Of a stretch of DNA of 64,000 nucleotides, positions 25,856 through 35,151 are shown one piece after another (position 1 is the stretch's first letter; the number at the start of each line of letters is the position of its first letter). The translations under genes were made by a program, and so were the position numbers. Source of the DNA: Bdellovibrionales bacterium. Lineage in GTDB: Bacteria; Bdellovibrionota; Bdellovibrionia; Bdellovibrionales; UBA1609. The stretch lies in the NCBI GenBank assembly GCA_965199825.1, contig OZ241329.1, forward strand, positions 1,280,362 through 1,344,361, read 5' to 3'. Under the pieces are notes generated by a model, which worked only from the letters and a program-made list of their open reading frames with translations, searched no databases and was not told where the DNA came from.

Positions 25856-27763
25856 TTGTGTGAACCATGGTATCCTAAAACAACATTGAAAAAACTCGGC
25901 GTTTTAGCCTTACTCATTTTGCCGCTCGTATTATTTCAAAATTGTTCAAAATTGAGCAGCACTCTCTTTGTGACCTCGTTGTCTTCAAATGCAGGATTCG
26001 CATTAGATCAAAAATTTACATCGACAAAAATGATTTCGAATCAAAACCAAATTATTTTTACAGGCGTGTGTGCTGCGGGCTCTGAGATCACCATTCAAGA
26101 TCAAACAGAAACTTTGACCACGAACTGTCAAAATGGATCTTGGAGTTGGACCTCTGTGAGTTCGACCGGTGGATTAAGAACCTATTCATTTACCCAAAAT
26201 AATGTGAGCCTGTCGATGCGGGTATTGCGAAACTTTTCGCTCAACGGATCCTTTGCCGAAGGGGCAACCGACAGCGATGATATTTTTGTATTTACTATGG
26301 GCTCTCAATTGATGCTGGTTCAAAATCCATTTCATGCCACAGACTTTACTGGCACATCCATTTTTAGCGAGTCCAATCCGATTCAAGCGGTTGCTCTGAA
26401 TCCTTCGGGGCGACAGGCCTACTACGTGATGGGTGGAAATCTTTATTGTTATGCATTTTCAAATCTTGATGAAAATGACAACTGTCGCAACCGACGAGCC
26501 GATGCCCATACTCTGCAAGCAACCAATATTCAGATGCATGGCGTGCTCGCACAAATATCAGGAACTGCTGATAAAGCCGAGTGGATCGCACCTTCAACAA
26601 TCAATGTGCAGTCTCAAGGGATCGTAATTTCATCGTATCAAATCCCAAAGCCCACACTGATCACCCAAAATTTAAAGGTGGGTGTAAATATAAAAATGAA
26701 TGGCGATGCTTACCAAATGGGAGCCGACGCCATTTTTAAAAAACTTTCTGATAATGGATTTAAAAGTGCTCGTTTGTTCTTAGGAATTCCACCCCTCACC
26801 GCAACCCAAACATTTAATGATACTGTGGGATACTTAAGAACCTACGTCACCGCCGCCCAAAAATACGGAATACAAATTTATTTAAATTATCAGGTGGAGT
26901 GGATTGTTTGCCCCTCGGATAGCTTCACATTTCAAACTCAAGATCAAAATGCAATTTATCAAAGTGCCTACCAAACCACTCAAGCGTTTGTTGATCATTT
27001 TAAAAATGATATTGTCGAGTGGGAACTTGGCAATGAGCTCGATCTGAAAAGTGGAACATCAAATTCACCCGGCGGTTGGCCCTATGGATTTCAAGCAGCC
27101 GATTGGGATCAAGTTTCGGCTCACGGAAGCTCCGATTATTACGGAAATTTTGCCGCCGCTCTTAAAGGGGCTTCTGATGCGATCAACGCTGTGAATACCG
27201 CCTCGGGCACTCATATGAAACGGATCGTAAATTCTACGGGCACCCATCTTGGATTATGGAAATTTTTAATTTCTAAAAATGTTCAGTTCGACGAGATTTC
27301 GTATCACTATTACCAAACATCGGGCACTTCGGCTTATGCCTATGCGACCACCGATCCTAATTACCCGGGCTCTCAAGCATGGAACGTGGTGGGAAGTCTT
27401 GCCCAGTTTAATAAGCCTGTCCAGATTACCGAATTCAATTGCGGCGAAATCTATAATGACAGTTTTCAAAATACATCGAGTGATCCACTTTACGCCCAAT
27501 GTTTAAAGAGCTTAAAAGTTCAACTGAATTATTGGACCAAACAAACTGTGTTTGATCTCTCGGCAATTTATGCCTACGAGCTTTTTGATGAGCCCTCGCA
27601 ACCCGATATCCACGAAAAACATTTTGGTTTATTTTATGCCCTAAATGATGGCTCGACCTCACCCAAATCGACCCTGTCGATTTGGCAATCTTTGGCCGGC
27701 ATCACGCTCACCCAAGCCCAAATCGATGATCTTAAAGGTTATAACGTCTGGCCGCTGTTTTAA
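25856..27763 (+). CDS. secreted lipoprotein, putative clan GH-A (TIM-barrel) glycoside hydrolase
   Basis: Lipobox-like 'LFQNC'. Candidate acid/base 'EWELGNELD' and nucleophile 'VQITEFNCGE' sit at the spacing expected for (beta/alpha)8 clan-A hydrolases. The family is not identified and the start codon is uncertain (TTG). Confidence 0.5.
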   Translation: MCEPWYPKTTLKKLGVLALLILPLVLFQNCSKLSSTLFVTSLSSNAGFALDQKFTSTKMISNQNQIIFTGVCAAGSEITIQDQTETLTTNCQNGSWSWTSVSSTGGLRTYSFTQNNVSLSMRVLRNFSLNGSFAEGATDSDDIFVFTMGSQLMLVQNPFHATDFTGTSIFSESNPIQAVALNPSGRQAYYVMGGNLYCYAFSNLDENDNCRNRRADAHTLQATNIQMHGVLAQISGTADKAEWIAPSTINVQSQGIVISSYQIPKPTLITQNLKVGVNIKMNGDAYQMGADAIFKKLSDNGFKSARLFLGIPPLTATQTFNDTVGYLRTYVTAAQKYGIQIYLNYQVEWIVCPSDSFTFQTQDQNAIYQSAYQTTQAFVDHFKNDIVEWELGNELDLKSGTSNSPGGWPYGFQAADWDQVSAHGSSDYYGNFAAALKGASDAINAVNTASGTHMKRIVNSTGTHLGLWKFLISKNVQFDEISYHYYQTSGTSAYAYATTDPNYPGSQAWNVVGSLAQFNKPVQITEFNCGEIYNDSFQNTSSDPLYAQCLKSLKVQLNYWTKQTVFDLSAIYAYELFDEPSQPDIHEKHFGLFYALNDGSTSPKSTLSIWQSLAGITLTQAQIDDLKGYNVWPLF

Positions 27764-28608
27764 GGAGTTGAAGAGCTCGAGGGTGGATTATTTTCGACCA
27801 TTGCATTGCCGTGAAATCTTTTGTTCATCGAATTTTGCAGAGCAACCTTAAAAGCTTCGGGATCAAATGGATTCGAGGTGCATTGAGCAACCAACTGCGC
27901 TCCCGATTTTTCGATCTCTAAAGACATACTGCCCTTGGAGTGAGCTTCGTCCATACAACTGCTTTTGAATTTAACCGTACCATCGTTCATCAATTTGCCT
28001 TCAGCAATTTTATGATCACTGGTCTCAACTCGTAATCCGTTTTTGTCACAGGTTGCCGATAAAATTTTAAGCTCTCCCTGCTCTCGGGGTGCACACGGCA
28101 CAAGAGTTGACCCCAATGCCACACCCACGGCATGGGTGGTTGTGTTTTTAACATTGAGCCAAAAAGAGGGGGCTGTGGGAGCTGAGGTCGCCCAGCCCAA
28201 AATCACAGTTTGTATGGCAGCTTCGCCCAAAGGGGCTGCGATAGCCTGAGGGATAAAAAATGAAAAGTGAGATTGTCCGGGTCGCATGCGCTGGTACGCA
28301 TCCTCAACAGCCACATCAAATGATTTTGAAGAATCGGTTTTGTAATTCACACCGTTGTAGGTAAATGTTTTGTTGTCCGAGCTAAATTTTATTTCGCGTC
28401 CGGAGAGCCAAACCGTTTTGTGTTTGACTGTGACCGGAACCAGTTGATCGAGATTTATTTTTTTTGCGTCAACAAATCGGGTGATGCCGTCGGCTTCAGA
28501 TTTGGATTTTTCGGAAAGCAAAACGGTTAAGAGACTTCTTAAGTTGGGTTTAGCCAACTCGGCGGCATGAGCATTGATAATAAAAAAAGATAAGATTAGA
28601 GTTTTCAA
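27760..28608 (-). CDS. hypothetical secreted protein
   Basis: 282-aa ORF with signal peptide 'MKTLILSFFIINAHA'. I recognised no family. It has a 4-nt convergent overlap with the previous gene. Confidence 0.4.
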   Translation of the reverse strand: MKTLILSFFIINAHAAELAKPNLRSLLTVLLSEKSKSEADGITRFVDAKKINLDQLVPVTVKHKTVWLSGREIKFSSDNKTFTYNGVNYKTDSSKSFDVAVEDAYQRMRPGQSHFSFFIPQAIAAPLGEAAIQTVILGWATSAPTAPSFWLNVKNTTTHAVGVALGSTLVPCAPREQGELKILSATCDKNGLRVETSDHKIAEGKLMNDGTVKFKSSCMDEAHSKGSMSLEIEKSGAQLVAQCTSNPFDPEAFKVALQNSMNKRFHGNAMVENNPPSSSSTP

Positions 28609-28664
28609 AATTCACCTCGCTTCGAGATAAATTTAAAACTAAAAAATCATGATTACAAATTACT

Positions 28665-29408
28665 TTATTTAAAACAAGACGTGTAAGGTTTTATTTGTGT
28701 CTGCATCAGTCCCGCAAAAAGTGTACTGAGTTCTAATGAGTTTCGCACATTGTAGCACTGTACCGATGCCGAGCCAGATGAAACAAATCCATCCACCTGA
28801 GCGCCTGATTTTGGCGAAAAGTTTTTAACACCGGTGTAACAAAACGTTTGATCAGGCAGAGTGGTTTGGGCTGCAGAGTCGAGTGTTAAAACACAAAACG
28901 GCAAAGCCAATTTTGAAACAGTGCTTGCGAAATCAAAAGCGCTGCCGCTTCGCACGCCTAAGTGTTCATATTTTTTTTGCTTCTTTTCGATCTCAGCCTG
29001 ATGCTGAAGTTGTTGTAAAATCCAATCATTGATGGGCGCGGCCTCAGGAATCTGAGGTGCGATCAAGTAGCTTTGATCATGGACAAATCGAAACGATGTG
29101 GTCACCGCAAGTAAATTAGGAATACTTAAAGTGGGTAATAAATTTTTATTTGAGTTGCCGATCACAAACTTTTTGAGATTGAGTTTAAGTTCTTGCGATT
29201 TTTCAAGCAGCAAAAGATTCCAATCATTTTTTAAGCTGTTTGAAAGATAAATCAGATCTTCGGGTGTTTCATATTTAAATGGTCCACACACATCCGCAGG
29301 GCAAGCTTCGGTCTGAGCTGCCGGAGTTGGAGTTTGGCGAGTTGAAGTTTTATCTCCAGCACTGCAGCCCAAAAGCATAAAACAAATAAAAATCGCTGAC
29401 GACTTCAT
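28665..29408 (-). CDS. hypothetical lipoprotein
   Basis: ATG 29408 gives 'MKSSAIFICFMLLGCSAGD' (lipobox LLGC), preceded by 'aaagga'. The 27 extra residues in the ORF track are unsupported. Confidence 0.45.
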   Translation of the reverse strand: MKSSAIFICFMLLGCSAGDKTSTRQTPTPAAQTEACPADVCGPFKYETPEDLIYLSNSLKNDWNLLLLEKSQELKLNLKKFVIGNSNKNLLPTLSIPNLLAVTTSFRFVHDQSYLIAPQIPEAAPINDWILQQLQHQAEIEKKQKKYEHLGVRSGSAFDFASTVSKLALPFCVLTLDSAAQTTLPDQTFCYTGVKNFSPKSGAQVDGFVSSGSASVQCYNVRNSLELSTLFAGLMQTQIKPYTSCFK

Positions 29409-29532
29409 TTCGGTTCCTTTTACAAGGGAGTGACAATTTTTGTCGTCCAGGTCGGATTCAATTGGTGTTTGAACGGTCCACTTGGGCAACTCTTAAGATG
29501 AGAGCAAACGGTGAACCATGGTACCGCCAGTA

Positions 29533-30813
29533 TTAAAGGCGGACCATCAAGGCAAAATTGATTCTGTCTTCGACTTTGACCAAGTCGGGGGTAAATGAAG
29601 GCACGTCGGAGCCCGGCAGACCCATGTTTCCACCCACAGGTGTGATTCCGTTAGGCCCAGAAAAATAGGGGACATCGGCCTGGCGGTGAACGAATTCGAC
29701 GCGGTAAGTGATATATTGTTTTGGCATATAATCAAAACTTGTTGAGGCATCCCAAGCATGAAAGGGATCGCCAGCATTGGTGGTAAAACTACTTGTTCCC
29801 GATGCGGCTGTTGCTCCGTTCACTGCGGGCATAAGGACCAAATATCGCCCGGGATTTGAAACATAGCCTCCGCCAAATGTGACAGCATAATGATCGTGCT
29901 CAAACCAAAGTCGGTTGTAAAACATCAGGCCCAAAAAATTTTGATTCCCACAAGAAACCCCGTCTCCAGTTTCGCAACCCACATCCGCCGTAAATGAAAG
30001 TGCTGCCTTACTTAAATTTGCCGCTGGTCGGTCGAGATATTTGTATTGCAGACTATTGTCACTATGAAATCTATGGCGTTCGGGTGTGGTGAGCCAATCT
30101 TCTCCGTAATATTCATTTGTGACAAAGGACCAATTGCCTGTTGGGCGCCACAGCACTTGAAATCCAATTCCTGGGGCCTCGTTAAACATCCCATAAGATT
30201 GCCAACCATTTACCAGCCATATTTCGTATTTTAATTTGTCTGTGGGAAAAATCTGGAGCCTGAGTCCGTTAAAATACCAAGGCGTATTGGCCGAGACATA
30301 GGACATTTGATAGATCCAATTTTCAAAATTATAATAGCTGCACAGACCGATGTAGGACATAAAAATGCCGGCATCGAGATTGATGCCTTCTAAAACATCA
30401 AAGTGATATCCACCATAAGCCTCAGACAAATAGCGATAAGCATTGTCCATGTTCCATTGACCGCGAGTGGGGCTTGGATCATTTCGCGGAATCATTGTGG
30501 AATAAAGACCAAACTGTGTCATCACTCGCCCGCGCACATTTTCAAAATTAAAATCACCTCCAATACCAAGGTGCTGAACCTGAAACTCGCTGGTGCGACC
30601 GGTGTTTGTCGAACCGACCAAGGTGTGATCTTTTGGATTATTAAAGTCGTGAACATAATTTGTATCGAGGGTAAACTGTCCAACAAAATTTTTAGTTGTG
30701 AGTGGAAAAGTGGTTTGTCGGCTATTGCCATTGAGCCAGGAGAAGTCGGCAAACGAAAAAGGTTCGGCGTAACTTTTAATTAAAAACAGAAACGTGAAGA
30801 TGATGATATTCAT
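29533..30813 (-). CDS. putative outer-membrane beta-barrel (porin-like) protein
   Basis: Signal peptide 'MNIIIFTFLFLIKSYA'. The sequence is aromatic-rich with alternating beta-strand patterns throughout ('GIGGDFNFENVRGRVMTQFGLY', 'YKYEIWLVNGWQSYGMF'). The family assignment is tentative. Confidence 0.5.
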   Translation of the reverse strand: MNIIIFTFLFLIKSYAEPFSFADFSWLNGNSRQTTFPLTTKNFVGQFTLDTNYVHDFNNPKDHTLVGSTNTGRTSEFQVQHLGIGGDFNFENVRGRVMTQFGLYSTMIPRNDPSPTRGQWNMDNAYRYLSEAYGGYHFDVLEGINLDAGIFMSYIGLCSYYNFENWIYQMSYVSANTPWYFNGLRLQIFPTDKLKYEIWLVNGWQSYGMFNEAPGIGFQVLWRPTGNWSFVTNEYYGEDWLTTPERHRFHSDNSLQYKYLDRPAANLSKAALSFTADVGCETGDGVSCGNQNFLGLMFYNRLWFEHDHYAVTFGGGYVSNPGRYLVLMPAVNGATAASGTSSFTTNAGDPFHAWDASTSFDYMPKQYITYRVEFVHRQADVPYFSGPNGITPVGGNMGLPGSDVPSFTPDLVKVEDRINFALMVRL

Positions 30814-30883
30814 TAAGACCTTTCGACCAGCTAAGGAACAGTTTAATAACTGTTGGCCAATTCAAACAAAAGGACAAGCGGTA

Positions 30884-31246
30884 ATGAACAATAAAACTCC
30901 TCCACCAAAGAATTGCGAAAGCTGCGGCCGGCCGATGGAGTACCGCAAAAAATGGGCGCGCAATTGGGATGAGGTCAAATATTGCAGTGAGGAATGTCGC
31001 CGCAATAAAAACCAGTTTGACTATCGCGATCAGATTTTAAGTTTGCTTGAAAACCGGGGTTTGCAAAAAACAATCTGCCCAAGTGAAGTTTTGTCTCCAA
31101 ATGACAAACAAAACTCAGGTATGATGGAACACGTTCGTAGAAGTGCAAGACGTCTTGCAAATGAAGGAAAAATTGATATTACCCAAAATGGAAAGCGTGT
31201 AGACCCCGAAAATTTTAAAGGGCCTATCCGGTTGAGATTAAAATGA
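30884..31246 (+). CDS. zinc-ribbon protein (DUF2256-like fused to DUF3253-like)
   Basis: 'CESCGRPMEYRKKWARNWDEVKYCSEECRR' is the DUF2256 CxxC...CxxxC ribbon as I recall it. The tail 'ICPSEV...RRLANEGKIDITQNGKRVDP' resembles DUF3253. The ATGA overlap is with the downstream MHYT kinase at 31243-31246. Confidence 0.6.
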   Translation: MNNKTPPPKNCESCGRPMEYRKKWARNWDEVKYCSEECRRNKNQFDYRDQILSLLENRGLQKTICPSEVLSPNDKQNSGMMEHVRRSARRLANEGKIDITQNGKRVDPENFKGPIRLRLK

Positions 31247-33147
31247 TGGAAATTACAACTCAATATTTATCAGGCTTAGTGTTGCTCTCTTTTTTGGTAG
31301 CAATCGCGGCATCGTTTGTCGCACTTGATATGGTACAAAGTCTTTCGCATGCAAAGGGTTCAAGTAAACTCTTTTGGTTGACCGGAGGCTCACTCGCAAT
31401 GGGCTGCGGAATTTGGAGTATGCATTTTATCGGCATGCTCGCCTTTGATATGCCCGGTATGACCATGGGTTATGATATTCAGCTCTTAATTTTATCGATC
31501 GTTGTGGCGGTGGCCGGCTCGGCCTTTGCCCTCCTGATCATGAGTAAAAATCCGATTTCACACACGATGTTGTCAATGAGCGCGTGTGCGATGGCTTGCG
31601 CAATTGCGGGCATGCATTACATCGGAATGTTTTCGATGCGAATGCACGCCGAAATTAAATGGGATCTCAATCTGATCGCATTTTCTTTTGTGATTGCTCT
31701 TGCCGCATCCTTTTGGGCGTTTTTGGTCGCGCGCGAACTGACCACAATCAAAAATCCATTGCGCATTCAAATTGGTGCAAGTGTGTTGCTCGGTATTGGG
31801 ATCGCCGGAATGCACTATATCGGAATGAAAGCTGCTCATTTTTATGCGGCCGAAACTTCTTCCTTTAGTGATGGCGGGTATGTGCTCGCAAATTCTCAAC
31901 TCACCGTGATTGTGGTGGGTGTGACCTTTATGATTTTGACCCTTGCGCTGAGCGGCTCGACCATCGATCGCATTTTAACAAGGCGATCGATTAGCGAAAA
32001 AGTGAATTTGCAAAAAGCCAAGGAGGCCGAAATCGCCAGCGAACTCAAAACCCGCTTTTTAGCCAATATGTCTCACGAGATCAGAACTCCTCTTGGAGCA
32101 ATCATTGGTTTTACCCAAGTTTTAATTGATGAGCCTTTAAGTGAACAACAACGACAGGCCCATCTTAAAACAGTTCTTCGCAGTGCAAGAGCTTTACTCG
32201 CATTACTTGATGATATTTTGGATCTTTCAAAAATTGAGCTCAACAAACTTGAGATCGAAAATCGCGATTTTGAATTGAAAACCTTTTTGGATGAGCTGAT
32301 GAGCATGTTCAAAGTCAAAACAGATGCGAAAGGTTTAACCCTTGATCTTCAAGTTGATTCGCTTTTACCAAAACGAATCTTTAGTGATTCGAATCGGCTC
32401 AGACAAATTTTGATGAATCTGATCGGCAACGCGGTGAAGTTTACCGAATACGGTGGGATCAAGGTGAGAGTAAAAAGAGACGGCAGCGATTACCTTTCTT
32501 TCGAAATCGAAGATAGTGGCATCGGGCTCACCGCTGAACAGACTTCGCGTTTATTTCAACCCTTTACTCAGGCCGATAATTCGACAAGCCGAGTGCATGG
32601 GGGCACGGGGCTTGGGCTTGATATCGCAAAAAGAATGGCCGAGATGCTCGGGGGAACAGTGGTAATTTTAAAAAGCGAAAAAGGTAAAGGCACCACCTTT
32701 ATTGCAACTATCCAATTGGTTAAAGCAAGAGTCGAAGAGGTGGCAAAGACATCATTAATTTCAACGTTCTCATCTGGAGAACTTAAAACTCTGAATATTC
32801 TCGTGGTTGATGACAATGAAGATAATCAGGCCTTGATCAGTCTTATCCTCAAGTCCAAAGGGGCAACCGTTGCCTTGGCGAGTGATGGAAGCCAAGGTGT
32901 AGAAAAAGCCGAGAAAACGGGCTTTGATGTGATCTTGATGGATATCCAAATGCCAGTGATGAATGGTTACCGAGCCATCGAGCTCTTAAGAGCTAAAATG
33001 ATCACCAGCCCCATTATTGCTCTTACGGCTAACGCCTACAAAGACGAGCGGGACAGGTGCTTTAAGAGTGGCTGTGATGCTTACATCACGAAGCCAATTG
33101 ATGTAGCAGAACTTGTGGCCACAATCCAACAGCTGGTCCGAGTTTAA
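31243..33147 (+). CDS. MHYT-domain hybrid sensor histidine kinase/response regulator
   Basis: Three membrane MHYT motifs ('MHFIGMLAF', 'MHYIGMFSM', 'MHYIGMKAA'). H-box 'SHEIRTPL', N-box 'LIGNAVKFT', G-boxes 'DSGIGL' and 'GTGLGLDIA'. C-terminal REC 'ILVVDDNEDN...VILMDIQMPVMNG...ITKP'. Confidence 0.85.
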   Translation: MMEITTQYLSGLVLLSFLVAIAASFVALDMVQSLSHAKGSSKLFWLTGGSLAMGCGIWSMHFIGMLAFDMPGMTMGYDIQLLILSIVVAVAGSAFALLIMSKNPISHTMLSMSACAMACAIAGMHYIGMFSMRMHAEIKWDLNLIAFSFVIALAASFWAFLVARELTTIKNPLRIQIGASVLLGIGIAGMHYIGMKAAHFYAAETSSFSDGGYVLANSQLTVIVVGVTFMILTLALSGSTIDRILTRRSISEKVNLQKAKEAEIASELKTRFLANMSHEIRTPLGAIIGFTQVLIDEPLSEQQRQAHLKTVLRSARALLALLDDILDLSKIELNKLEIENRDFELKTFLDELMSMFKVKTDAKGLTLDLQVDSLLPKRIFSDSNRLRQILMNLIGNAVKFTEYGGIKVRVKRDGSDYLSFEIEDSGIGLTAEQTSRLFQPFTQADNSTSRVHGGTGLGLDIAKRMAEMLGGTVVILKSEKGKGTTFIATIQLVKARVEEVAKTSLISTFSSGELKTLNILVVDDNEDNQALISLILKSKGATVALASDGSQGVEKAEKTGFDVILMDIQMPVMNGYRAIELLRAKMITSPIIALTANAYKDERDRCFKSGCDAYITKPIDVAELVATIQQLVRV

Positions 33148-33177
33148 TACCTTCGTTCATATTTACCTTTGTACAAT
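33127..33177 (+). repeat. direct repeat copy 1 (3' end of the kinase gene plus upstream region of paralog 1)
   Basis: 'caacagctggtccgagtttaataccttcgttcatattt(accttt)gtacaat' recurs at 35060-35104. Confidence 0.8.
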
Positions 33178-33226
33178 ATAAAGCTGGGCTGTTTCGAATT
33201 TTGGGCGGCTCAGTTATAACACTCTG

Positions 33227-35056
33227 ATGGGCATTGTGTTTGTTTTGTTTAGTTTTTTGGCGCTGGCCCAGCCCGGTGATCCTTGTATTCAACATCTCAC
33301 CGAGTATTTTCCACGCACGTGGCGTATTGACCAAAAAAAAATAGATCAATATTTAGATCAAAATCCTGAAGAATTAAAAACATTTTTGCAATATTCAAAG
33401 CTTGCCGAATTCATCGAGGACGCTCGTCACGAAGCATTTTTTGATTGGTTAGGAACACAATATTATTTAAGCACAGATCAAAAAAATGAAATGGATCTCG
33501 ATGCCGAAATAAAAAAGTATGTGATTAAAAATAACCCATCTTTTTCGCTAAACGAATCAGATCCAGCAAAACTAAATGAAGTGTTTGATAAGACGGTCAA
33601 CACTCTTTTTAAATTTTTAGAGCAAAACGGACTTGGAAATTTTAGGCTGATAACGAAAGGTCCTTTTTTAGAAATTTTTAAAAAGTACGATTTGGATATT
33701 TATAATTTTGTTTTAGATAAAAAAATACCTCCGTCGTCACTTCGAACTTTTCTGACCCTGACCCAACTTTTGTATGCCGAAGATCCTGAAATTCATTCTT
33801 CAACTGAAGAGTTGGAAGGCCTCTATGAACCTTTTTTTTCACTGCTGGGTGAATCGAAATTTGAATCCAAACAGCCATTGCCAAAAATTGATTTTGGTTA
33901 CAACAAAGAAACGCTAGATAAAATTTGGCTCTTTCTTAAATCCTCGAATTACCCTCTTCCGGAATATTCAACATTACTCAAACACTCTGAGGTCGTGCAG
34001 GTACAGGCTGTGGCAAAGATCACTCACCACTCCAAGCAGAAGTTGACTGAGAATGAAGAATCGGAAGTTTTGGAGATTTACAGAAATCAGATTTTAGGGA
34101 CTGAGCCTGTTATTCCTTTTAAATTTAAGAACCTCATCGCTGATCTTGAAGATGATGATATTGTGCTCAAGATCAGTGATTCAAAAAAATCAATAGCAGC
34201 TTCAAAAAATATGAGCGAAAAAATTCGCCTCGGGGCAATTCAAGCCACCTACCTCGCCCGTGCATCTTATGGACTTATGACCGATAAAAGTATCAACTCG
34301 GAGGTGGCTCCCAATGAATCGGTCACATCTTATCGGCTTTTTTCGAATTTCGTACTTGCATCCTTTCGTGAGATTTCAATTGATCAAGGGCTTGAACCGA
34401 TGATTCGCAAAGCTTTTGTAAAAGTATTCTTGGACAAATCGATTCTCTCAAGCGCGAGTTACCGGGCGATGATGCGGACACGTCTAAAACAAGTCATCGC
34501 ATTAAAAATAAACACAAGTGCTCAACATGTCCACGCTGAGAGCAAGCCAACGACACCGCAACCTCAGCCGAGGGTTGGTCCTACGCGCGAAGAGCGCATC
34601 GCAAATTATGTGAAAATCGAAAAAGAGCCTGCAGAAGAACCGGCAGTCGAGCCACGAAACCAAACCGATGAGACTGAATCAAAATCGGATTTTCTTTCGC
34701 AGCTGTTGGATGAGCCCCAAGATTTGGCAACCGATCGCCGACGTTTATTAGAGCTCATCAAGCCCGACAAGATTATCCCGATTACGTTGAAACGGTTTGG
34801 GTTTGTCTATCAGGTTGTGTTCTCAAAACGGGCGCTTGAGGAATTGGCGTCACCACGTGCTCAATTTCCACAAGATTTTCGGCCCTGGCTCAAAGCCATG
34901 AGTATGGGTCCTGCTCGCGGTCAAGGTCAAAACGGATGGAAAAGGATCAGTGGACATGAATGGAAAATTAAAATTTTGACTTCACCCTATCGGCTCTACA
35001 GCTATCGAGACAAAAAGCGAATATGGCACTTTACTCAATTTCAGTTGGATCACTAA
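33227..35056 (+). CDS. secreted protein, paralog 1 of a 3-gene family, with RelE/ParE-like C-terminal module
   Basis: Signal peptide 'MGIVFVLFSFLALAQP'. Family N-motif 'C.Q.LT.YFPRTWRIDQK'. C-terminus 'FVYQVVFSKRALEEL...GWKRISGHEWKIKILTSPYRLYSYRDKKRIWHFTQF'. Confidence 0.75.
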   Translation: MGIVFVLFSFLALAQPGDPCIQHLTEYFPRTWRIDQKKIDQYLDQNPEELKTFLQYSKLAEFIEDARHEAFFDWLGTQYYLSTDQKNEMDLDAEIKKYVIKNNPSFSLNESDPAKLNEVFDKTVNTLFKFLEQNGLGNFRLITKGPFLEIFKKYDLDIYNFVLDKKIPPSSLRTFLTLTQLLYAEDPEIHSSTEELEGLYEPFFSLLGESKFESKQPLPKIDFGYNKETLDKIWLFLKSSNYPLPEYSTLLKHSEVVQVQAVAKITHHSKQKLTENEESEVLEIYRNQILGTEPVIPFKFKNLIADLEDDDIVLKISDSKKSIAASKNMSEKIRLGAIQATYLARASYGLMTDKSINSEVAPNESVTSYRLFSNFVLASFREISIDQGLEPMIRKAFVKVFLDKSILSSASYRAMMRTRLKQVIALKINTSAQHVHAESKPTTPQPQPRVGPTREERIANYVKIEKEPAEEPAVEPRNQTDETESKSDFLSQLLDEPQDLATDRRRLLELIKPDKIIPITLKRFGFVYQVVFSKRALEELASPRAQFPQDFRPWLKAMSMGPARGQGQNGWKRISGHEWKIKILTSPYRLYSYRDKKRIWHFTQFQLDH

Positions 35057-35059
35057 CTT

Positions 35060-35104
35060 CAACAGCTGGTCCGAGTTTAGTACCTTCGTTCATATTTGTA
35101 CAAT
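35060..35104 (+). repeat. direct repeat copy 2 (relic of the kinase 3' end upstream of paralog 2)
   Basis: 'caacagctggtccgagtttagtaccttcgttcatatttgtacaat' is nearly identical to 33127-33177, with one substitution and a 6-nt gap. Confidence 0.8.
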
Positions 35105-35151
35105 TGAGAGCCTCAACTGTTTTGAAAACAATCCGGCTCGGTTATAGCTTC

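Noticed and set aside
35023-35151. A 43-codon N-terminal extension of paralog 2 that overlaps paralog 1
   Set aside because: The extension reads through the duplicated relic of the kinase 3' end and its upstream region. The signal peptide, co-linear with paralogs 1 and 3, begins at ATG 35152.
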